Shown piece after piece: positions 20,596 to 30,631 of a stretch of 64,000 bases of DNA (positions are counted from its first letter, which is position 1; the number at the start of each line of letters is the position of its first letter). A model generated the notes under the pieces. It was not told where the DNA came from. It saw only the letters and a program-made list of their open reading frames with translations, and made no database searches. This stretch comes from Bdellovibrionota bacterium (GTDB lineage: Bacteria; Bdellovibrionota_C; UBA2361; JAAYZI01). The stretch spans positions 1 through 64,000 of the forward strand of contig JBMNIF010000003.1 in the NCBI GenBank assembly GCA_050950765.1. Reading direction: 5' to 3'. Both the position numbers and the translations under genes were made by a program.

Positions 20596-22188
20596 ATGAA
20601 ACGAACCTTTGAAATTATCCTTTATTTAATCCCTGTAACGATTTTTTTAATTTTAAAGGCGTATAGCGCCGTCCCCTTTGTCGGTGATGAAAATATCTAT
20701 TTTTATTCAGGTTGGGCTACATTGCAGGGAGTAGTGCCATTTAAAGAGTTACCGTTCGCACACCCTCCTCTACACCTATTCATTGCTGTGATCTGGATGG
20801 TGCCAAATTCGATAAACCCACTTTGGTTGAAGCTAGCTTCTGTTTTGCCAGCTACATTGTGCTTAATAGCTGTGATGTTTCTTCTTAGACGGTTAAAATT
20901 TAGTAGATCTGCAACTTTTGTTGGTGGATTAACTTTGGCAACAACTTATGAATATCTTGTGACAGCTACACACTTTACGGGAGCAAACTGGTCTATGCTC
21001 TTTGTAGTCTTGGGGTTGACTTTCTGCCTTAAAGATAGTTGGCGTGGCTTTGTAGCGGGTCTTTATCTAGCTTGTGCTACATTAGTTTCTTTACACACCA
21101 TTCCTGTTGCTTGCTCTTTAGTACTCCTCTCGTTTCTAACCAACTATAAGAAACGGTGGTATATAGTGCTGGGGTTCGGTGCAACTTTTATTACTGTGCA
21201 CGCTCTTTGTTTACTCCTTTTCGGTTCTCCTTATCTTGATCAATTACTTTTGTATCATGCTAAAAAAACAGTTATGCCTGATGGCGGCATGGAGACAGTG
21301 CGCCGCTTTCTTTTTACTACATATCCGATTCTGGTACCGGCATCTTTAGGAGTCTTACTCCTTTTAAAAGACCTTCTCTTAAATATTTTAAAAGGAGAAA
21401 GGACGAAGATCTCCTTAGGAGAGGTGCATTTAGGTGCGCTTATCGCAATTATTCAGTTTTGTGCCGTTATATTAAATAGTCGTGTTTACTCGTACTATTT
21501 TGCTCCTATCTTGCCGCTAGCTGTAATCTTAGTTGCCTACACCTTTGATAAAGGGATCTTTTGTCTTAAGGGAGTTATGAAGGGAAACGGCGACTCTTTT
21601 CGTAACCTTATACTTGGTCTGGCATTTGTAGGAATTGCAGTAGTTGCAGGTGAGAGATCTGAAAGGGAGTTATCTTATTACGCCAAAGAGAAAAATCGAG
21701 AGGTGTATTATACCTTTAAGCCAAGCCAATTTTTGCCTAATTTTATTAACAAGATCGTTGAAAAAACCGTATTCAAACAAAAAAGACGTATTGGAGAGTT
21801 TGATTTAGGTCTTACTAGATATCTATGGCACGAGTTTGTTAGTCCTGATCCTTCAGTTATTCTCCCCGATCTTTTAGCACATAAAGATCTTGCCGGAACT
21901 ATCTTCGGGGATGCCTCCTCCGTTCCTTATTTAGCATTAGCAAGTGGACGACATATAGCACTTGAGATGCCCGACACGAATGCGCAACTTCTAAAATCAG
22001 GGATCGTTAAGATTGAAGATCTATTACTGAAATTACAAGAGGATCTGCCATCTTTTATCGTTATCAATCCACAAAAAGGGATCCCTTCACACAACCTCTT
22101 TAAGAAATTTACTTTAGAAAACTATACTCTTCTCAGTAGAAAAAGGAGTGGAACCCTTCAGTTAATGTTATTTATGAAAAAAAGGTGA
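20596..22188 (+). CDS. Polytopic membrane protein, GT-C (ArnT/PMT-like) glycosyltransferase superfamily
   Basis: GDENIY acidic pair after TM1, 'G..PFK.....HPPL' motif and about 12 TM segments. Confidence 0.65.
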   Translation: MKRTFEIILYLIPVTIFLILKAYSAVPFVGDENIYFYSGWATLQGVVPFKELPFAHPPLHLFIAVIWMVPNSINPLWLKLASVLPATLCLIAVMFLLRRLKFSRSATFVGGLTLATTYEYLVTATHFTGANWSMLFVVLGLTFCLKDSWRGFVAGLYLACATLVSLHTIPVACSLVLLSFLTNYKKRWYIVLGFGATFITVHALCLLLFGSPYLDQLLLYHAKKTVMPDGGMETVRRFLFTTYPILVPASLGVLLLLKDLLLNILKGERTKISLGEVHLGALIAIIQFCAVILNSRVYSYYFAPILPLAVILVAYTFDKGIFCLKGVMKGNGDSFRNLILGLAFVGIAVVAGERSERELSYYAKEKNREVYYTFKPSQFLPNFINKIVEKTVFKQKRRIGEFDLGLTRYLWHEFVSPDPSVILPDLLAHKDLAGTIFGDASSVPYLALASGRHIALEMPDTNAQLLKSGIVKIEDLLLKLQEDLPSFIVINPQKGIPSHNLFKKFTLENYTLLSRKRSGTLQLMLFMKKR

Positions 22189-22218
22189 TTATAACCTATC
22201 TTTTTAGGAGAATTTACC

Positions 22219-22245
22219 TAAAGACTATTCTACTTTTATCGATAT
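22219..22245 (+). promoter_or_regulatory. Candidate sigma-28 (FliA) promoter
   Basis: TAAA-N15-ATCGATAT versus consensus TAAA-N15-GCCGATAA. Confidence 0.35.
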
Positions 22246-22380
22246 AAGAAGCATACTTTGTATGGCAAGATCAGATTCCCTCTTTAGAGAAGGGAGGCTT
22301 TTGTTCTACAATAGTTAAAGGTTCTTGCAGATCAAAAAACACCTGCTGCTAAAGTTTTAATAGAAAAAAGGAGATCCTGA

Positions 22381-23406
22381 ATGTCTTCTGAAAAAAAATA
22401 CGAACGGTTGTTGTCGTTAAAAGAGATAGAGTTAGCAATAAAACAGATTAAAGACTATTTTGAAGTACAACTTTCAGAGGCTTTAAGATTACAACGCGTA
22501 ACAGCGCCATTCTTTGTTGCTAGTGGAATGGGGCTTAATGATGACTTAACTGGAGTAGAACGACCCGTTTCATTTCGTGTAAGTGGAGCAGCTTGTAGTG
22601 TAGAGGTTGTCCAATCTCTCGCAAAATGGAAACGTTTTGCCCTTAAGCGTTATGGCTTTAAAGAGGGAGAGGGGCTTTATACGGATATGAATGCGATCCG
22701 TCCTGATGAGACTTTAGACGATATTCACTCTTTCTACGTAGATCAATGGGATTGGTGTAAGATTATCGCTCCAGAAGAGAGAACTACTAAAACTCTTTTT
22801 GATACTGTTTTAAAGATATATTCATGTTTGTTAAATACGGAAGCTTTTTTAGCTAAAGAATATCCTAAGATTGAACCTATTTTACCAAAAGATATCACCT
22901 TTATTACCTCTAAAGAGTTATATGAAAGGTTTCCAAACGATCCTCCCAAAGTACGTGAGGATAAGATTACAAAGGAATACGGTGCTGTCTTTATTGTGGG
23001 GATAGGAGGAGCGCTGCCTGATGGATCTCTTCATGATAAGCGCGCCCCAGATTATGATGATTGGAGTACCCCTAGAAGTGATGGGGGGATCGGACTTAAC
23101 GGCGATATTATTTTATGGAACCCGATCCTTGAACGAGCTTTTGAAATTTCATCGATGGGGATTAGAGTTAATTCAGAGGTGCTAAAAAAACAGTTGGCTA
23201 TCTGTCACTGCGAAGATCGAGAGAAGTTACACTTTCATCAGATGTTACTAAATAATGAACTACCGCAAACGATAGGTGGTGGTATCGGACAATCCCGTTT
23301 ATGTATGTTTATGTTACGTTGTTTACATATCGGAGAGGTCGCTTGTGGTGTCTGGCCGACTGCGATGCAAAAGGATTGTGAAGCGCGGGGGATCGTTCTT
23401 TTATAG
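22381..23406 (+). CDS. asnA: Aspartate--ammonia ligase (asparagine synthetase A)
   Basis: LNDDLTGVERPV, VQSLAKWKR, GLYTDMNAIR, VDQWDW, RAPDYDDW and TIGGGIGQSR motifs. Confidence 0.97.
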   Translation: MSSEKKYERLLSLKEIELAIKQIKDYFEVQLSEALRLQRVTAPFFVASGMGLNDDLTGVERPVSFRVSGAACSVEVVQSLAKWKRFALKRYGFKEGEGLYTDMNAIRPDETLDDIHSFYVDQWDWCKIIAPEERTTKTLFDTVLKIYSCLLNTEAFLAKEYPKIEPILPKDITFITSKELYERFPNDPPKVREDKITKEYGAVFIVGIGGALPDGSLHDKRAPDYDDWSTPRSDGGIGLNGDIILWNPILERAFEISSMGIRVNSEVLKKQLAICHCEDREKLHFHQMLLNNELPQTIGGGIGQSRLCMFMLRCLHIGEVACGVWPTAMQKDCEARGIVLL

Positions 23407-23452
23407 GGGTGCTTTTTTCGTCTGTAATAAATTAAGATATCGGAGAAGTTTT

Positions 23453-23779
23453 ATGAGTGAAATACTTCCTCAAGAGATAATAGCAGAGTGGTCTGCCGTA
23501 TTTTCAACAAAAGCAACGCCACACGAAAAATCGCAAAATAAAATACTGTTCAAGATTTTGGGGAGAAAGGGCGGTTCTTGGTTCTTAAATAGTCAGCGAC
23601 TTTTAGATCGGGAGCTCGAAAATAGTAATGTCGCTTGCATAATAGAGATGTCTGATGGTGTTTTAACAGCGATCTATAACGGTGAATTAAATCCGCAAGA
23701 GGCGTACCTTGATCATAAGATAAGTATTATCGGAGATGAAGAGACAGCATTATACTTTTCGTCGGTAATTTGGAGATAA
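23453..23779 (+). CDS. SCP2 sterol-binding-domain protein
   Basis: 'FKILG..GGSW' and 'G.LNPQ.AY...KI.I.GD...AL' SCP2 pattern; ATG at 23453 with RBS ggag. Confidence 0.7.
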   Translation: MSEILPQEIIAEWSAVFSTKATPHEKSQNKILFKILGRKGGSWFLNSQRLLDRELENSNVACIIEMSDGVLTAIYNGELNPQEAYLDHKISIIGDEETALYFSSVIWR

Positions 23780-23900
23780 ATAATTAAAAAAGGTACTTTT
23801 TAGAATCCGCACAAGGTGTTTTATAATCATACTCTAAGATTGGTATTACTTTTTAACTTTATTTAGGAATTTTAGCTGACAGCTGAGAGGGAAGGGAGAT

Positions 23901-24485
23901 ATGGGAATGGATGAAAACGATGCGGGAAGCGCTGGGAGTGCACAAGAAGGTAAAAAAAGTAATAAGATGCTCTTAATCATCATTGTCTTACTCCTTGTTA
24001 TAGGGGGTGCTGGCGGTGCCGTTTTGTTTATGAGTGGAGAGGCAAAATCGAGTGATGATGCAGAAGAGGAGTTTGAAGAGGAGCATTCTTTTGAATATAA
24101 ACAGTTAGAGTTAGATCACTTTGTTGTGAATTTAGGAGCAGGTTCAAGATATTTACGAATAAGGCTCTTACTTGAGTATGATGAAGGGGTTTTTGATGCA
24201 GCAGAGAGATCTTATCAAAGAATGAGCGCTAGGTCGGGTAAAAGTGCAAGCAAAGAAGAAGAAGGTGAAGGAGCTCCTAAATTACCAGGTGTATTCGGCA
24301 GAAGGAATCCTATGATTAGAGATGCAGTAATTACCCTTTTAAGCTCTAAACGAGCTAGTGAATTACTCTCTTTAGATGGAAAAGAGGCGTTAAAGAAAGA
24401 GCTTCTCGACAAGATTAATGCAGCGATAGATCTTGAAGATAGTATAGTAACTAATGTCTACTTTGGAGAATTTATTATCCAGTAA
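23901..24485 (+). CDS. fliL: Flagellar basal body-associated protein FliL
   Basis: N-terminal TM with GGAG, F.VNL, IRDAVI.LLSSK, GKE.LK.EL...IN and VYFGEFIIQ terminus. Confidence 0.92.
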   Translation: MGMDENDAGSAGSAQEGKKSNKMLLIIIVLLLVIGGAGGAVLFMSGEAKSSDDAEEEFEEEHSFEYKQLELDHFVVNLGAGSRYLRIRLLLEYDEGVFDAAERSYQRMSARSGKSASKEEEGEGAPKLPGVFGRRNPMIRDAVITLLSSKRASELLSLDGKEALKKELLDKINAAIDLEDSIVTNVYFGEFIIQ

Positions 24486-24496
24486 CGTTACGATAT

Positions 24497-25879
24497 ATGT
24501 CTACAAAACAGAATAAGATTAAAGATTCATTACAAACAGTACTTAATCAATTACGAAGTTCCGAGCGTTTTTTAATATTAAGACTATTAAGGATCTCTCA
24601 TTTTTTACCGAACGGAACGTTCGGTAACTCTACACTTGATCAATACACCTTAGAACAACTAATTGAAGAGGGTGCTGCCCATATTATTAAACAGAGGGGG
24701 GTAGAGCTTGAAACGATAGAAAACCTACTTCCTATTTTGCAAGGATTATTAACGGATGACACTGCCGAGACAGCTTTCGATTTACTGCAAGAGCAACCCC
24801 CTGCCTTAGATGCTCCCACTGAAAATAGTAAGATCTCTAATCAAAGAGAGTGCAATACGGTAAAGGAAATTCAAAGTAAAAAAACAGAAGAAAAACGTAG
24901 TAGTATAGAAGCGGAGAGGATCCTTAGAGAAAATTTTACAAAGCTTGAAAAAGCCCCTTCTTATCCTTTGATTAAAGATAGTCTACTTTCTAAGTATTGG
25001 GATATGACAGGAGTCAGAGATCCCTTTCTTGAGGAGCTGACATTTAAACAACTTCTAAATATTAAGATCGAATACCTCTTAAAAAAACGTTCTTTTACAG
25101 ATAGTAAAATTACAGCGCTTGTAACCGCCATTAATAACTGCTTAGCAGATAAAGGTAGTGTATCTGTGGATTGTACCTTGACTACAAACCGTGAAGAGGT
25201 CACTGCACCTACTGTAAATTTAATCTCACCTGATTTTAATTCGATAACTTGGCGTACGCATAGCTCTTGTGAAGCGCCTATTGCAGATGCTTTGTTAGCG
25301 CAATTCAAATTAGTCTGGAGTGCTTCACAAGATATGGAGGGAGAGATCCCCACTCTTTTACGTGACCTACCTAAATGGCTCACTGCTAGGGAATATATTA
25401 TCTGGTGGATCGATGCTGCTTATAGCCTTGATTTAGCAGCAAAACTGTTACGTTCAACTGTGGCTTCTTTAAGGAAAGAATACAAAGTTTGCGTAGAAGC
25501 TATCTATCTTAATTTTGCTGTAACGGCACCCGTGCTATATGCACATTGGCATGGAGCTCTTTCAGGGGCTGGAGTTAGTTATCAATCTCTAATCTCTTCG
25601 CATTTAGAAGAGGGGCTCTCTCCTGATTATCAGTTGGTTTTCTTTAAAGGGCTATTAAAAGCTTTGGGCGCTTGTAACGTTACTGCTTTCGGAATAAAAC
25701 TTCCTAATTACTGGACTACCAATCCACACCTTTTGCAACTGATCTTGGAAGGGCTTTCTAAAAAAGCACCACTTCCTAAAGATAAAATTAAGGCAGAGCT
25801 TGAAAAAATTTTGCCCCTCTTTGATTTTAAGGACTTAAAGCCTATTCTAAATAAAACGGGACTTATTAAAAACAGGTAA
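24497..25879 (+). CDS. Hypothetical protein, possibly with degenerate RNAP alpha-CTD-like repeats and a sigma70 region-4-like HTH
   Basis: 460-aa ORF 11 bp after fliL; weak by-eye similarity only. Confidence 0.5.
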   Translation: MSTKQNKIKDSLQTVLNQLRSSERFLILRLLRISHFLPNGTFGNSTLDQYTLEQLIEEGAAHIIKQRGVELETIENLLPILQGLLTDDTAETAFDLLQEQPPALDAPTENSKISNQRECNTVKEIQSKKTEEKRSSIEAERILRENFTKLEKAPSYPLIKDSLLSKYWDMTGVRDPFLEELTFKQLLNIKIEYLLKKRSFTDSKITALVTAINNCLADKGSVSVDCTLTTNREEVTAPTVNLISPDFNSITWRTHSSCEAPIADALLAQFKLVWSASQDMEGEIPTLLRDLPKWLTAREYIIWWIDAAYSLDLAAKLLRSTVASLRKEYKVCVEAIYLNFAVTAPVLYAHWHGALSGAGVSYQSLISSHLEEGLSPDYQLVFFKGLLKALGACNVTAFGIKLPNYWTTNPHLLQLILEGLSKKAPLPKDKIKAELEKILPLFDFKDLKPILNKTGLIKNR

Positions 25880-25890
25880 AAAAGGTGTTT

Positions 25891-27201
25891 TTATTGTCGA
25901 GTTGAAAGTAAGAGATCTTTAAGTGCTCCATAATCTGCTGAAACTTTAATGCTGTGCTTTTCCTTTTTTAAAAAGGAAGCAAGCCTATTTGGTATCTCAA
26001 TCTCTCTCTTTAATACATCTTCAACAATAGAACTAAACTTTGCAGGGTGTGCTGTCTCAAGAAAGATCCCGATCTGATCCGTTTTTTGAAGTTTAAGATA
26101 ACGTAAAAGTGCGGTATATCCGACAGCGCCGTGTGGATCTGTGATGTAGGCGTAGTTTCTTGCTACTTCTGAGATGGTGGTGCGAGTCTCTTCATCAGTG
26201 ACGCTCGCGCCCCAAATTTCAGCACGCATAGTATCAAGATCGTCATTACACAAACACAACATTCTGGCAAAATTACTCGGATTCCCTACGTCCATAGCGT
26301 TGGAAATAGTGGTATGAGAGGGGCGTGGAGTAAAAACACCATTCTCTAAATATTTCGGAACAACATCATTTATATTTGTAGCAGCAATAAGACGCGAGAT
26401 CGGAAGCCCCATCCTTTTTGCCATAAGCGCTGCTGTTAAGTTTCCAAAATTACCACTCGGAATCGCTACAACAAGAGGCAGCGTCTTATCCTCTAGCTGT
26501 TTATACCCTTGAAAATAGTAAAATATCTGTGGGATTAAACGTGCGATATTGATGGAATTAGCAGAAGCGAGCTGCATCTTTTTTCGTAACTCAAGATCAG
26601 AGAAAGCTGTCTTTACTAACCTTTGACAATCATCAAAAGTTCCTGCAACTTCCAGAGCGGTAATGTTATTGCCCATAGTGGTGAGTTGTAGCTCCTGAAT
26701 TTGGCTTACTTTTCCTGATGGATAAAGGATTATTACGTTAATATTAGGAACGTTTAAAAAGCCGTTAGCGACAGCGCTGCCTGTATCACCTGAGGTGGCA
26801 ACAAGGATAGTTAACTTTTTTTCACTCCGTTGTCTTAAAAAGTAAGACATAACTCGTGCCATGACCCTAGCACCAAAATCTTTAAAGGCTAAGGTTGGAC
26901 CGTGAAACAGTTCAAGAGTGTAGATGTTGTCATGAATTTTTTGTAGCGGTGCATCAAAATTGATAGCGTCATCAATAATATTTTTTAAGGTATCTTGAGG
27001 AATAGCTGGAGAGAAAAAAGAAGTTGCTATCTCTAATGCGATTTCAGGGAACGATCTTTCACTTAAGGATCTTATAAAAGTAGGGGGGAGTGTTGGGATC
27101 TCTGAAGGCATAAACAAACCACCATCATCTGCTAGCCCTTTAAGGACTGCTGTTACGATATCAGCTTTGCCCGTACGAGATGTTGTACTGTAATAATACA
27201 T
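25891..27201 (-). CDS. thrC: Threonine synthase
   Basis: GLADDGGLF, LELFHGPTLAFKDFG, ATSGDTG, SANSINIARL, PSGNFGN and ETAHPAKF motifs. Confidence 0.96.
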   Translation of the reverse strand: MYYYSTTSRTGKADIVTAVLKGLADDGGLFMPSEIPTLPPTFIRSLSERSFPEIALEIATSFFSPAIPQDTLKNIIDDAINFDAPLQKIHDNIYTLELFHGPTLAFKDFGARVMARVMSYFLRQRSEKKLTILVATSGDTGSAVANGFLNVPNINVIILYPSGKVSQIQELQLTTMGNNITALEVAGTFDDCQRLVKTAFSDLELRKKMQLASANSINIARLIPQIFYYFQGYKQLEDKTLPLVVAIPSGNFGNLTAALMAKRMGLPISRLIAATNINDVVPKYLENGVFTPRPSHTTISNAMDVGNPSNFARMLCLCNDDLDTMRAEIWGASVTDEETRTTISEVARNYAYITDPHGAVGYTALLRYLKLQKTDQIGIFLETAHPAKFSSIVEDVLKREIEIPNRLASFLKKEKHSIKVSADYGALKDLLLSTRQ

Positions 27202-27205
27202 TAAC

Positions 27206-28153
27206 TTACTCCGTTACTTCTAATAAACGTGCTCCTGCGGTACTGATCAAAGAAACAAAGGTCTGTGATCTTATCCCTGATTCTAAAAAAGCTTTCTGCA
27301 TACCGTGAGCAATATCGTTTGCTCTTTCAGGACAATCACTAAGTGCAAAAAGAGATGGCCCCGATCCGGAGATGCTACATCCTAGTGCGCCTGCCTCTAA
27401 AGCCGCCGCTTTCACTTCAGAAAAAGCAGGTATAATAAAAGATCTAGCTGGTTCAAAGATAAAATCTTCAAGAGATCTTCCGATTAGAGCATAATCTGAA
27501 GTGTAGAGTCCTGCTATCAGCCCTGCAATATTTCCCCACTGTTTTACTGCTACGTTTAGAGGCACCTGTTTTTTTAGGATATGTCTAGAATCGGAGGTGT
27601 TTAATTCCAGTGCGGGATGAATAAGAACGGAGTGTAAATTTTTAGGGGGTTGAATTTGAATTATATCTAAAGGGTGATAGCTGCGAATTAGTACAAAGCC
27701 ACCGAGTAGCGCTGGTGCAGCATTGTCAGCGTGTGCAGATCCGCAAGCTATACGCTCTGATTCCATAGCAAACGGCACAAGATCCCTTGTGGAGAGGGGG
27801 TAGCCTAGCATGGCGTTTGCTGCATAAAGCGCTGCTGCAGCACTAGCTGCACTTGAACCCATACCACTACCGAGCGGCATCCCTTTTTTTAATTGTAAGT
27901 CCACTCCTAAATCTGCTGCGCCAACTTTATTAAGGAAAGCTTGCACCGCTACACTTGCTGTATTTTTTAAAGGATCTGTCGATAGACGACCACCATCACC
28001 TGTTATGGAAGAGATAACGATCCCAGAGTCTTTTTTTCTCCTAAGGGTAACTTCATCGCCTAGCGCTTGCACAGCAAACCCTAAAACATCAAATGCGCAA
28101 GAAACATTAGCTACTGTGGCGGGGGCAAAAGCTTTAACCTCGTTTTTCATCAT
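27206..28153 (-). CDS. thrB: Homoserine kinase
   Basis: APATVANV..AFDVLG, PLGSGMGSSAAS, HADN.AP and ISGSGP motifs. Confidence 0.96.
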   Translation of the reverse strand: MMKNEVKAFAPATVANVSCAFDVLGFAVQALGDEVTLRRKKDSGIVISSITGDGGRLSTDPLKNTASVAVQAFLNKVGAADLGVDLQLKKGMPLGSGMGSSAASAAAALYAANAMLGYPLSTRDLVPFAMESERIACGSAHADNAAPALLGGFVLIRSYHPLDIIQIQPPKNLHSVLIHPALELNTSDSRHILKKQVPLNVAVKQWGNIAGLIAGLYTSDYALIGRSLEDFIFEPARSFIIPAFSEVKAAALEAGALGCSISGSGPSLFALSDCPERANDIAHGMQKAFLESGIRSQTFVSLISTAGARLLEVTE

Positions 28154-28487
28154 AAAGTCCATTATTTTACAGAAAATGGTTACTTTTTACCGTTAAGATA
28201 ATAAATTCCAAAAAACACCTAACGCTTTCTTAGATGCTAAATAGAGCGATATCGATAGAAAAAAGATAGCTCTAGCTTTTAGGTTACTTTTAAAACATCG
28301 ATTCCATTTAAAGGTTGTATTGTCTAAATACGATTAGCACGGTAAAAATAAAAAAAATCCTAACGGTATTTGAAAAAAAATTAAGATAGATGAATTTAAA
28401 AGCTTTACAAGAATATAGATTATAAGACCGAAAGGATAGGCAAGTTTTTAATTTGATTGTGAAAATTATCTAGGGGAGAGTAGGGGA

Positions 28488-30017
28488 GTGAAAAAAACAG
28501 GCCTTAGGTTGTTTGAAATTTTACTTGTTATCATGGGACCGTTTGCCCTTTCTAGTATAGATACGATGTCCAATGATCCAGGTGTGGGGTGGCACTTAAA
28601 AACGGGGGAGTGGATCTTTAAAAATCAAGCCGTACCCTTTTTTGATCCTTTTTTAGCTGCAAGCGCTCCACGCCCTTGGGTTTGCGATCAATGGCTTTCC
28701 GATTTAATAATGTACCTTGTTCATAATCGATATAGTTGGGCTGGACTTACAGCGATTCCAATAACACTTTTTCTAATTACATTTTTCTGTATCCTCTATC
28801 CATTTCTTTTAAAGCGCACTAGCTCAGCCCTTGCTGCAATCATTGTTAGTAGTATGGCTTTTACCATAGCGTTGGTTCACCTAATTGTGAGACCTGTGGT
28901 TTTTAGCTTCTTATTTTTTAGCTTGGTTCTCTTTAAACTTTTAAATATCTGGATATCTGGTAAAGAGAGAGGTCAATTTACACTTTCGTGGAAAGATACG
29001 GTTTTTTTCTGCATTATCTTCTTATTATGGGCCAACTTACACCCCTCTTTTGTTTTAGGGCTGGCACTACTTGTAATGTTTTTCTGTTCCTTGATAGGCG
29101 ATACTCTTCTCTCTTTGAGTGAGGTCTCTCGTCAGACATTTATTAAGTTTGGCACCTTGATCTTAATTGTTCTTGCGGTAACAGGACTTAATCCTAACGG
29201 ATATGGGCTCCATTTGAGTATTTTGGAATTAGGGTCAAGTGAATTTTTTATGCAGCTTAACATTGAATGGTTGCAGAATGATTTTTCCAGTATCCGTGCA
29301 ATATTGTCACAGTTACTTTTATTCTTTATCTTTCTCGGTTTCTTAATAAATCCGAAACGGTTTAAAAATTGGGGGTGTTTTGAAGTCGGGATAACACTAC
29401 TAGGTCTACACTTTTTATTTCAAGCTATAAGGTTACTTCCATATCTAAGTTTACTTCTAGCATACCCTGCTTGTACGGGACTTTGTGTTATCTTTGAGAA
29501 GGTAGAGGAGTTAGTGGGGAGGTATTTCAAAAGGGTTTTAGTAATTTTAAAAGATTTCAGATCAAAAGAGGTTTGCGGTAGGTCTTTTGGAGTTCCCGTA
29601 AGTATATTGATGGGAGTGTTTTTTACTATTAGTCCTGAAACCTTTGTTGATGCTAAAAAATTAGAACTCGTAGAATGCCCTAAAGATGGTATTTTAGCGG
29701 CTTTAAATGAAACACCGCTAGGAACAACAAAGAAAGTTTTAGCATCCCCTAATTTTGGCGGATGTATCACATTTTTTGGAGAAGAGCGATTAAAAGCTAT
29801 CATTGATGACCGCAATACCATGCTTGGAGAGGAGATCTATCGCAGGATTATGGCTGCCCTTAAGGATAGTCAGGAGATGGAGAAAATGATCCATCAAGAG
29901 GAAGCTGATTTTCTTCTGATAGAGAAAAAATCTTTAGCTTATAAAGGTATAAAAAAGAGGTATCAACTTTTACATAAAGATAAGAAGACAGCCCTTTTCA
30001 AGGTATCTCCTAAATAA
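28488..30017 (+). CDS. Polytopic membrane protein, probable GT-C glycosyltransferase
   Basis: DPGVGWHLKTGEWI...P..DPF, W....WLS, RP, LWANLH, NP.G, I.EW and IDDR motifs typical of an uncharacterised GT-C family. Confidence 0.65.
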   Translation: MKKTGLRLFEILLVIMGPFALSSIDTMSNDPGVGWHLKTGEWIFKNQAVPFFDPFLAASAPRPWVCDQWLSDLIMYLVHNRYSWAGLTAIPITLFLITFFCILYPFLLKRTSSALAAIIVSSMAFTIALVHLIVRPVVFSFLFFSLVLFKLLNIWISGKERGQFTLSWKDTVFFCIIFLLWANLHPSFVLGLALLVMFFCSLIGDTLLSLSEVSRQTFIKFGTLILIVLAVTGLNPNGYGLHLSILELGSSEFFMQLNIEWLQNDFSSIRAILSQLLLFFIFLGFLINPKRFKNWGCFEVGITLLGLHFLFQAIRLLPYLSLLLAYPACTGLCVIFEKVEELVGRYFKRVLVILKDFRSKEVCGRSFGVPVSILMGVFFTISPETFVDAKKLELVECPKDGILAALNETPLGTTKKVLASPNFGGCITFFGEERLKAIIDDRNTMLGEEIYRRIMAALKDSQEMEKMIHQEEADFLLIEKKSLAYKGIKKRYQLLHKDKKTALFKVSPK

Positions 30018-30063
30018 AAACGGATTGTCATGTTGTATAAATCTATCCCATTACGATCCGCAC

Positions 30064-30453
30064 CTATATAATAGGAGTTGATTTTTTAGAGTGACGCTCC
30101 TGATATTCTAATAGATTTTTTAAACAAGAAAGGGCGTGATCTTTTATCTGTGGATCTGAACTGTTCTGAATAGCCATTGAGAGCGGAAGGGCTGCTTCAG
30201 GCATCTTTGATAGTGTTTCACGGAAGGTAGCATTATCAGAAATTTTTCCGATCATCTCTGCCACATTTTCTCTTAAAACATCATCCTCACACAGTGCTAA
30301 AGCTGAGAAGTGTTGTAGTTTTTGCAACATTCCAGCTAACGATGATTTTATGCCGAGATTAACTACTCCAAGTTGTTCAATATCAGGACAGTTAGTATCG
30401 TAAAACATAAACCCCCCACACAACATTAAAACTACCAGATGGAATTTATTCAC
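30064..30453 (-). CDS. Hypothetical protein with a helical (HEAT/ARM-like) C-terminal part
   Basis: 129-aa ORF, GTG start with RBS agagg, preceded by a strong sigma-28-like promoter. Confidence 0.55.
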   Translation of the reverse strand: MNKFHLVVLMLCGGFMFYDTNCPDIEQLGVVNLGIKSSLAGMLQKLQHFSALALCEDDVLRENVAEMIGKISDNATFRETLSKMPEAALPLSMAIQNSSDPQIKDHALSCLKNLLEYQERHSKKSTPII

Positions 30454-30466
30454 CCTCTATTGTTTC

Positions 30467-30493
30467 TTATCGGCATAGCCTTCCAAAACATTA
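30467..30493 (-). promoter_or_regulatory. Sigma-28 (FliA) promoter
   Basis: Minus strand reads TAAT-N15-GCCGATAA: perfect -10, 3/4 -35, canonical spacing. Confidence 0.65.
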
Positions 30494-30631
30494 GAAGATG
30501 TTTTGTTGTTCTTACTATTATATTCAGACCTTTTACCCTTTTTGACTCTGTTTAATAGGTAGAGGTTTTTCGTATTTTGCCCCGATAATTTCGTATAACA
30601 TCATATTTTTTAAGGGAAAAAGGTATTTAAA

